DNA from: Aestuariivivens insulae
Lineage (GTDB): Bacteria; Bacteroidota; Bacteroidia; Flavobacteriales; Flavobacteriaceae
Length of the DNA: 24,000 nucleotides
Direction: 5' to 3'
NCBI RefSeq assembly: GCF_022662195.1
Contig: NZ_JAKMCS010000006.1
Coordinates: 3,421 to 27,420, forward strand
Shown: positions 17,169-24,000 of the stretch, piece by piece
Layout: every line of letters starts with the position of its first letter
Numbering within the stretch: the stretch's first letter is position 1
Notes under the pieces: generated by a model
Databases searched by the model: none
What the model was told of the DNA's origin: nothing
Seen by the model: only the letters and a program-made list of their open reading frames with translations
Translations under genes and position numbers: made by a program

Positions 17169-17634
17169 TAAGTTCGTTAACTTTTTCGTAAACCAAATGG
17201 GACTCCCAGCCACGGTATATTAAATAGTCGGCCAGTTTCTTTTTTTTCTTCAAAACATTGGTTTCCTTAATCGTTATAGCATGTTTTTCTGCTAAATTGT
17301 TAAAGGTTTCCAAGTAAGTCCCATCGTCTATTTCATTAATGGCAATATCGATATTGCGTTTTGATATATCCTTTTGCTTTAATTCTAAAACTAAACGCCT
17401 TTTTCCCCAATTCTTTATGCTAAATTTACCTTGGACATAAGTTTTGGCATATCGTTCTTCGTTTAAGAAGTTCTGCTCTATTAAATGAACAAGAATAACG
17501 TCTATGGCTTCTGGTATCATGCCCATATCTATTAGCTTTTGCCTAACTTCCTTATGGCAACGTTCTTGATAGGCGCAATAATGTTCTAGCTTTTTAGTGG
17601 CTTCCTCTACGGTTTGTACTTTTCTTTGATGCAT
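17161..17634 (-). CDS. recX: Regulatory protein RecX
   Basis: It is a 157-aa helical-repeat protein. The N-terminal pattern (ATKKLEHYCAYQERCHKEVRQKL) and the repeated three-helix modules are typical of Bacteroidota RecX. It overlaps the convergent cupin gene by 8 nt. Confidence 0.75.
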   Translation of the reverse strand: MHQRKVQTVEEATKKLEHYCAYQERCHKEVRQKLIDMGMIPEAIDVILVHLIEQNFLNEERYAKTYVQGKFSIKNWGKRRLVLELKQKDISKRNIDIAINEIDDGTYLETFNNLAEKHAITIKETNVLKKKKKLADYLIYRGWESHLVYEKVNELIK

Positions 17635-17798
17635 AAGCCAAAAATATGAACAAATTAAGAAATATGGATCGTTTTTTAGTTAATCAATTTTTAGGTTGAA
17701 ATACTTGTTTCACAGGTTAATGTGTTTATTTTATAGGATAATTAGTAAAAGTTTTGTATATTAACCCGACCTAATTGCCAAAATTTTAACCTTATTCT

Positions 17799-20144
17799 AT
17801 GTTTAAACATAATTTCATAGCAGCGTTTTGCCTATGTTCTTTATCGATTTTTCATGGGCAAAGTATTTTCACCAACGATATAACAGGGACCAACCCCAAT
17901 CAAGACAATCCATTTACTACAGGACAAACCTACGATAGTAATATTACCGTTTCTGGTATTAGTCGGGGACCTGGTATAACTGGTGTAAATACAAACGATC
18001 GTTATAATGCTGAGGATTGGGGACTTTTGTTTAACTCTAATGATTATTTTGAATTTACCTTAACTCCAAATGATTGTTATGAAATCGACTTTGTAAGCTT
18101 AGTATTTAATGGGCAAAGCTCGCTTCTGGGGCCTGATGTTATTGAGGTTAGAAGTAGTATAGATAGCTATGCTACCTATATTGGGTCAACAATAAGTTTA
18201 CCATTGGGGGTTGAGACCGAATCAACAATAGATTTAACTTCATCTGAATTTCAAAATATTAGTGCTGCCATAACTTTTAGAATCTATGCGTATGGGACTC
18301 TTAGTGGTTCTACCACATTTAGCATTAATGATTTTACATTTAACGGAGTTGTTTCTCCCATAGTTACATCTACATGGGGAGGTTCGTCTTGGGATAATGG
18401 TACACCAGATAGTTCTACCACTGTTATAATTGATGGGGATTATGATACTGGAGATGATGGTAACTTTAGTGCCTGTAGCCTAACTGTCAACACTGGTTCT
18501 ACACTTACTGTAAGTGGCTCCACTTATGTAGAAGTTGAAAACAATATTGTTGTAGATGGTAATATATTAGTAAGATCTCAGGGGGCTGTCGTTCAAAATA
18601 ATGACCTCGCAACAGTAACGGAGAATGGAACCATTACAGTCCAAAAAGAAACGGCACCAATTAACAACTGGTATGAATATACAAATTGGAGTTCTCCGGT
18701 GTCGGGAGAAACAATAGGTTCTGCATTAAGTGATTCGCAACCCGGTAGACGATTTCTTTTTAATGCTCAAAATTATTTGGATGCGACCAAAGAAACGAAC
18801 AATGATAACTCAACTGTTGCAGGGCAAGATGATGTTGACGATAATGGCAACGATTGGCAAAAGGTAACAGACGCAACAGTTATGACGCCGGGGGTTGGCT
18901 ACATCAGTACACATTCAAAAATGTTGTTTGAGTCAATGATGTCATGGCCTCCTTATCGATTCACCTATGAATTTTCAGGTCCCTTTAATAATGGTAGCAT
19001 ATCGGTTCCTATATATAGAAATGATTCCGAATTAAATGATAATAACTGGAATTTGATAGGAAATCCATATCCTTCAGCTATTGATGCAGATTTACTCCTA
19101 GCTTCAAATAGCTCAATTGATGGAGCCATTTATATTTGGTCCCATAATTCGCCCCTATCGGCAACCAATAATGGTAATCAGTATTATAATTTTAGTATTT
19201 CAGATTACGCCGTTATAAATGAAAGCTCTGAAACAGCAGGAGGGGATGCCATTACTCCCAATCGGGTTGTACCCTCTTGTCAAAGTTTCTTTATATCCTA
19301 TTCAAATTCGGGAACGGTAGTTAGTACGAATGGAAATGTCAAAGAAGGTACTGTAACCTTTACTAATAGTATGCGGATTAAAGGAACATCAGATAACAGT
19401 CAGTTTTTTAAAAGTGCCAATACAAAAAAGCAGCCAAAAAATACCCTTAAAAATAAATTATGGATTAATTTAACATCAGATAATGGGGTGTTCAGTCAAA
19501 TATCTATTGGATATGTAGATGGTGCTACCAAACATGACGATGGCATGCGCTTTGATGCAGCCAAAGTTGTTGTATCTAAGGGCTCAGCAGTATTGTTTTC
19601 AACCATAAAGGGTTCGAATAAAAAATTTGCTATTCAAGGAAAAAATCCAAAGGATTTAACACCTAATGAAAAAATCCAGTTAGGATTTTCTACAGCTATT
19701 AAGGTGCCAACATTATATACCTTATCCATTCCTAAGCTTCAAGGGGCATTTTTGGAAGACAATACCATGTATTTGAAAGATAAGGAGTTAAAAATAATTC
19801 ATAACCTAACGGCTTCCGGTTATACATTTACTTCAGATGTTGGGGAATTCAACAACCGATTTGAGATAGTATTTAAGTCTACGGATGATTTAGGGAAGGG
19901 CAATGAGCATCTAGTACAAATTTCAGGAATGAATAGGGATGTGGTTACCTTTTCAGCAGCTCAAGAGGTAACTATTAAATCGATATTGATTTATGATTTT
20001 TTAGGAAACCTAACCTATCATTTAAAAGGAAATAGTAGTTTGGAAACCTATAGGCTTTCTAAACTAAAGCCTAATACCATATATGTTGCTAAAATAGAAT
20101 TGTCAGGAGGCATGGTAGTTGCTAAAAAAATCGTTAAGAAATAG
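17799..20144 (+). CDS. Secreted protein of unknown function with T9SS C-terminal sorting domain
   Basis: It has a signal peptide (FIAAFCLCSLSIFHGQ). The body is Asn/Ser/Thr/Gly-rich and probably beta-rich, and contains a NLIGNPYPSAIDA motif. The C-terminal roughly 80 aa (VTIKSILIYDFLGNLTY...TIYVAKIELSGGMVVAKKIVKK) look like a T9SS type A sorting domain. Confidence 0.85.
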   Translation: MFKHNFIAAFCLCSLSIFHGQSIFTNDITGTNPNQDNPFTTGQTYDSNITVSGISRGPGITGVNTNDRYNAEDWGLLFNSNDYFEFTLTPNDCYEIDFVSLVFNGQSSLLGPDVIEVRSSIDSYATYIGSTISLPLGVETESTIDLTSSEFQNISAAITFRIYAYGTLSGSTTFSINDFTFNGVVSPIVTSTWGGSSWDNGTPDSSTTVIIDGDYDTGDDGNFSACSLTVNTGSTLTVSGSTYVEVENNIVVDGNILVRSQGAVVQNNDLATVTENGTITVQKETAPINNWYEYTNWSSPVSGETIGSALSDSQPGRRFLFNAQNYLDATKETNNDNSTVAGQDDVDDNGNDWQKVTDATVMTPGVGYISTHSKMLFESMMSWPPYRFTYEFSGPFNNGSISVPIYRNDSELNDNNWNLIGNPYPSAIDADLLLASNSSIDGAIYIWSHNSPLSATNNGNQYYNFSISDYAVINESSETAGGDAITPNRVVPSCQSFFISYSNSGTVVSTNGNVKEGTVTFTNSMRIKGTSDNSQFFKSANTKKQPKNTLKNKLWINLTSDNGVFSQISIGYVDGATKHDDGMRFDAAKVVVSKGSAVLFSTIKGSNKKFAIQGKNPKDLTPNEKIQLGFSTAIKVPTLYTLSIPKLQGAFLEDNTMYLKDKELKIIHNLTASGYTFTSDVGEFNNRFEIVFKSTDDLGKGNEHLVQISGMNRDVVTFSAAQEVTIKSILIYDFLGNLTYHLKGNSSLETYRLSKLKPNTIYVAKIELSGGMVVAKKIVKK

Positions 20145-20218
20145 TATGGTTTAAAACCTGTTGCTTGCTAAATTATTTTGTGTATTTTTATTGGGTTATT
20201 TTTAAGGGACAATAAATC

Positions 20219-20662
20219 ATGCAACTATACGCATCAAAACATTTAACGTTTTTTACGCCAGAAGAGACTATTGGTTTAGGTGCGGTGTATTTAGATGCAG
20301 GTATCTCTGCTGGATTTCCTTCACCTGCCGATGACTTTAAAGAAGAGCGATTGTCTTTAGATCGCGAACTTATTAAAAATAAGGAAGCTACTTTTTTCGC
20401 CCGTGTTTCAGGACAATCCATGATCAATGCCGGACTGGATGACAATGACCTATTGGTTATAGATCGTAGTTTAGCCCCAGAACATAATAAAATAGCCGTT
20501 TGCTTTTTAGACGGCGAGTTTACGGTAAAGCGCCTAAAAGTTCAAGCCAATGGCGTTTGGTTGCAACCCGAAAACGATAACTACCACCCTATAAAAATTA
20601 CCGAGGATAATCACTTTATTATTTGGGGAATCGTTACCAATGTGATTAAAAAAGTTTACTGA
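20219..20662 (+). CDS. umuD: S24 peptidase, UmuD-like (DNA polymerase V autoproteolytic subunit / LexA-family)
   Basis: The cleavage-site region is GISA|GFPSPADDF (E. coli UmuD has C|GFPSPAADY). The Ser nucleophile is in VSGQSM (Ser67) and the general-base Lys is in FTVKRL (Lys104). It is 147 aa and has no N-terminal DNA-binding domain. Confidence 0.88.
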   Translation: MQLYASKHLTFFTPEETIGLGAVYLDAGISAGFPSPADDFKEERLSLDRELIKNKEATFFARVSGQSMINAGLDDNDLLVIDRSLAPEHNKIAVCFLDGEFTVKRLKVQANGVWLQPENDNYHPIKITEDNHFIIWGIVTNVIKKVY

Positions 20663-20835
20663 ATTTACTTACAACTACTTCATATTTAACATTTTAGCAT
20701 TGTTTTTTTTATTAAATTAACAAACATATGATAGAATCTGTTGTCTGTGTGCAAAATGCTGTTGTTTATATATTTTTTTTCTAGCGGCTGTTAAAAATTA
20801 ATACTTTAAATTTTTAAAACAAACTCGAAATAAAT

Positions 20836-20946
20836 AACTAACTCAAAATCAATATGCTTATGGTGAAAACCCTATAATTTTAAAATTCTATTAAACTTCT
20901 CAAAAGTTTAATAAACTAATTCAAGATTAAATTAACTAATTCAAAA
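20836..20946 (+). promoter_or_regulatory. Three direct repeats AACTAA(T/C)TCAA(A/G)A in the susC-like upstream region
   Basis: The copies are AACTAACTCAAAA (20836-20848), AACTAATTCAAGA (20914-20926) and AACTAATTCAAAA (20934-20946). The last two share an identical 11-mer, are 20 bp apart, and the last ends 7 nt before the ATG. Confidence 0.3.
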
Positions 20947-20953
20947 AACAATT

Positions 20954-23900
20954 ATGATTAAACAATTACTAAAACTCATGGTTTTTGTTTGTGCCTTGGG
21001 GATTCAAGGTGTGTTTGCGCAAACAGGGGCAACTGTAACAGGAACAGTTATGGATAACAATGGCGTTCCGCTTTTGGGAGCTAATATTATCGAGAAAGGA
21101 ACATCAAATGGGGCGTCGTCCGATTTTGATGGAAACTACAGCATTACGCTTACTGGAGATAATGCCGTATTGCAGGTTTCGTATGTAGGTTATGTATCTC
21201 AGGAAGTTGCTGTAAATGGGCAGTCTACTATTAATGTAACATTACAAGAGGATGCCAGTCAATTAGATGAAGTTGTAGTGACGGCTTTGGGTATTAGCCG
21301 AGAAAGAAAATCTCTAGGTTATGCTGTTACTCAGATAGACGGGGCAGACGTGTCGTTAGCTAAAGAAGCTAACGTAGCCAGTTCATTAGCAGGTAAAGTA
21401 GCTGGTGTTGTGGTTTCTAAATCAACATCAGGGCCTGGTGGTGGAACCCGTGTTGTTATTAGAGGTAATGGCTCTCTTACAGGAAACAACCAACCATTAT
21501 ATGTTGTTGATGGTATTCCTATAGATAACTCGGCAAGGGTTTCTCAAGGAGCAGGTGAATTTAATGTTCCAGATTTGGGTACAGGTATTTCCGATATCAA
21601 CTCAGATGATATTGAGTCTATGACTGTGTTAAAAGGGCCTAATGCTGCTGCCCTTTATGGGTCTCGAGCATCGAATGGGGTTATTATTATTACCACTAAA
21701 AAAGGAGCCTTAAAGCAAGGTTTGGGAATTACTTATACAACAAGTGCGACTTTCGATACGCCTTTAGTATTGCCAGAATATCAAAATGAATATGGGCGTG
21801 GTTCTGACGGAGATTTTCCAGATTTAACAGGGCCAGATTTATTTGATGATGTACAAACAGTAAGAGGGAATAGTTCTTGGGGGCCAAAGTTTGATGGTTC
21901 TTCTCAATTGGAGTTTAATGGAGAAATGCGTCCTTATGAAGCACAACCCAATAACGTTAAAGATTTCTTTGAAACTGGAACCAGCTTTGTGAATACTATT
22001 GCTATAAGTAATAGTACAGAAAACTCTTCTGTTCGGTTTTCGTATACCAATTCCGACATAGAATCTATTTTGCCAAACTCAAGATTGGATAGGCACAACT
22101 TTAACTTAAGAGGTTTTGCTAAACTTTCTGATAAATTAACTTTTGATGGTAAGGTTACCTACTTTCTTCAAGATGCCAAGAACAGGCCTAATCAGGGAAC
22201 TGAAGGAGTCGCAGCCTATCTATATGGTATGGCCCGAAATGTGAGGATATCAGATTTAAAAGTATATCAGGATCTTACAAGTCCAATACATAATCATGAC
22301 CAGGCCGATGAAATTTCACCTTATGATGAGATTGCGTCTGGAGTTGGTAACCCATATTGGAATATGTTCCAAAACCAAAATAAAGACAATAGATCGAGAA
22401 TAAGTGGTTTTGCTAAATTAGATTATAGGTTTAACGATTGGTTGTCAGCCTTTATAAGAGTAGGGCACGATGCCATAAGTCACGATACTAAAAGTGTGAT
22501 TCCTCAAGGTTATCACTTTTTTAGAGATGGACGAATTAACTTTAGCCAAAGGGATAATACTGAAACCAATTATGATTTTTTAGTGTCATTTAATAAAGAC
22601 TTAAGTGATAAATTTGATTTGTCGGCAAGTGTAGGTGGGAATGCCAGACATACTACTAATATAAGCTCTGGTTCTGCAGGGGCTGATTTTAAAATCCCGG
22701 GGAAGTATTTCTTAAATAACACCGATGGCGATAGAATTACAGCTAGTCAATCCGATTTGATCGAAAAGAAAGTACACTCCTTATATGGACAAGCATCACT
22801 GTCTTATAATGATATGATTTATTTGGATCTTACAGGAAGAAATGATTGGTCATCTGCTTTAGCAGCCGAGAATAGGTCTTATTTTTATAGCTCGCAAAGT
22901 TTATCTTTACTATTGCATAACATTTTAGATTTTGGAGATGCTCCAATAGACTTTTTAAAATTAAGAGCGAGTACAGCTAATGTGGGTAGGGATACTGGTG
23001 CCCAGCAAATAGTTAATTTATTTAATGTTGCTGGTGATGGATACCTTGGTAATATTCAGGTAAGTAGAAGTTCAATACTATTTAGTGAAAGTTTAAAGCC
23101 AGAAGATGTTAGGTCGACAGAGTTTGGTCTAGAGTTTAAATTGTTGGGGAACAGATTGTATGGAGACTTATCGATTTATGATATCACAACTAAAGATTTG
23201 ATTTTCGATGTGCCACTAGATCCAGGTACTGGGTACTCAGCAGCTAGAACTAATGTTGGGGAATTAAGCAATAAAGGAGTGGAAGTGTTAATTGGAGGTA
23301 AGCCTATACAAAATGATAACTTTAGTTGGGATATCTCGGCCAATATATCACATAACAATAATAAATTAGTAAGTTTGATTGAAGGGCAGGATAATTTTAC
23401 CTTCAGTTCCAGTAATGGAGGCATTGTAGATGTACGGGCCCAAGTTGGAGGAGGTTTTGGTGATATATATACCACGACATGGAAACGTAACGATGCTGGG
23501 CAATTATTGCTTACAGAAGAAGGAAGGCCTCAGGCAACTTCAGAGCGTGAAAAGTTTGGTAATTACCAACCGGATTATTCTGGGGGTATAACCAACACCT
23601 TTAACTATAAGAATTGGTCCCTTAATGCTTTAGTTGACTTTAGAATTGGGGGCGAAGTGTTTTCTTTTACCGATGCTGCTTTAGACGCTGCTGGTGTTAC
23701 CAAAAGATCACTACAGTATAGAGAAGGCGGTGTCGTTGTAGAAGGGGTATACGATGAAGGAACAACCAATGAAGGAGCTTCTAATACAACTAACATAAGT
23801 GCACAAGACTATTGGGGAGCCGTAAGCGGGATAGGTTCTGAGTATGTTTACGACCAAACCAATGCTAGGTTGAGGGAGTTAAGTTTAACATATCGTTTCC

Positions 23901-24000
23901 CAAAATCATTGTTAGAGAAAACATTTATTCAAAATGCATCGGTTAGTTTTACAGGGAGGAACTTATTCTTCTTGTGGAAGAAAGCTGATAATTTCGATCC
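20954..24000 (+). CDS. SusC/RagA family TonB-linked outer-membrane protein, 3'-truncated by the window edge
   Basis: It is not in the supplied ORF track because it has no stop codon in the window. I translated it by hand from the ATG at 20954 to nt 23998 and found no stop. Features: signal peptide MIKQLLKLMVFVCALGIQGVFAQ; CarboxypepD_reg-like domain (TVTGTVMDNNGVPLLGANIIEKGTSNGASSDFDGNYSI); hallmark DEVVVTALGISRERKSLGYAV; plug (NPLYVVDGIPIDN, LKGPNAAALYGSRASNGVIIITTKKG); NSSWGPKFDG; and late-barrel GRNLFFLWK. Confidence 0.92.
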   Translation, partial: MIKQLLKLMVFVCALGIQGVFAQTGATVTGTVMDNNGVPLLGANIIEKGTSNGASSDFDGNYSITLTGDNAVLQVSYVGYVSQEVAVNGQSTINVTLQEDASQLDEVVVTALGISRERKSLGYAVTQIDGADVSLAKEANVASSLAGKVAGVVVSKSTSGPGGGTRVVIRGNGSLTGNNQPLYVVDGIPIDNSARVSQGAGEFNVPDLGTGISDINSDDIESMTVLKGPNAAALYGSRASNGVIIITTKKGALKQGLGITYTTSATFDTPLVLPEYQNEYGRGSDGDFPDLTGPDLFDDVQTVRGNSSWGPKFDGSSQLEFNGEMRPYEAQPNNVKDFFETGTSFVNTIAISNSTENSSVRFSYTNSDIESILPNSRLDRHNFNLRGFAKLSDKLTFDGKVTYFLQDAKNRPNQGTEGVAAYLYGMARNVRISDLKVYQDLTSPIHNHDQADEISPYDEIASGVGNPYWNMFQNQNKDNRSRISGFAKLDYRFNDWLSAFIRVGHDAISHDTKSVIPQGYHFFRDGRINFSQRDNTETNYDFLVSFNKDLSDKFDLSASVGGNARHTTNISSGSAGADFKIPGKYFLNNTDGDRITASQSDLIEKKVHSLYGQASLSYNDMIYLDLTGRNDWSSALAAENRSYFYSSQSLSLLLHNILDFGDAPIDFLKLRASTANVGRDTGAQQIVNLFNVAGDGYLGNIQVSRSSILFSESLKPEDVRSTEFGLEFKLLGNRLYGDLSIYDITTKDLIFDVPLDPGTGYSAARTNVGELSNKGVEVLIGGKPIQNDNFSWDISANISHNNNKLVSLIEGQDNFTFSSSNGGIVDVRAQVGGGFGDIYTTTWKRNDAGQLLLTEEGRPQATSEREKFGNYQPDYSGGITNTFNYKNWSLNALVDFRIGGEVFSFTDAALDAAGVTKRSLQYREGGVVVEGVYDEGTTNEGASNTTNISAQDYWGAVSGIGSEYVYDQTNARLRELSLTYRFPKSLLEKTFIQNASVSFTGRNLFFLWKKADNFD

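Noticed and set aside
3524-20662. Apparent enrichment of DNA-repair genes (recO, umuC, recX, umuD) in one 17-kb stretch. I considered an SOS or repair island.
   Set aside because: The genes are interspersed with unrelated housekeeping functions and lie in separate transcription units on both strands. I could not identify a shared operator-like motif upstream of umuD, recX or the umuC unit. Coincidence, plus the umuDC split discussed above, is sufficient.

Overview
The window reads as ordinary chromosomal DNA from a Flavobacteriia-class Bacteroidota. Evidence: two proteins with type IX secretion (T9SS) C-terminal sorting domains, a SusC/RagA transporter, TAnnTTTG-type -7 promoter boxes, and A-rich leaders with no Shine-Dalgarno sequence. 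I support 19 CDS. In order: gdhA (5'-truncated at the window edge); a tightly coupled PorZ-like propeller protein, recO and TonB-dependent receptor; umuC; a small XRE-HTH plus DUF2975-like membrane protein pair; a GNAT acetyltransferase; a biotin cluster (bioF-bioD-bioA, a KAS I/II-type ketosynthase, an antisense Gfo/Idh/MocA oxidoreductase, bioB); a JmjC/cupin protein; recX; a 781-aa T9SS cargo protein of unknown function; an orphan umuD; and a SusC/RagA gene open to the window end. The SusC gene is missing from the supplied ORF track because it has no stop codon in the window. I found no rRNA, tRNA, CRISPR array, transposase, integrase or recognisable defence system. The observations most worth follow-up are: (1) a ketosynthase with an intact Cys-His-His triad inside a bio cluster that has no recognisable pimelate-arm gene in this window; (2) an AT-rich DUF2975/XRE-HTH module with twin TTATTG-N5-CAATAA palindromes bracketing its promoter, placed directly upstream of umuC where umuD normally sits; (3) umuD lying 12 kb away on the other strand, a geometry that a single inversion could explain; (4) short GC-rich hairpin elements filling the gaps between bio genes. 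All calls rest on my reading of the translations and the DNA. No database search was run.
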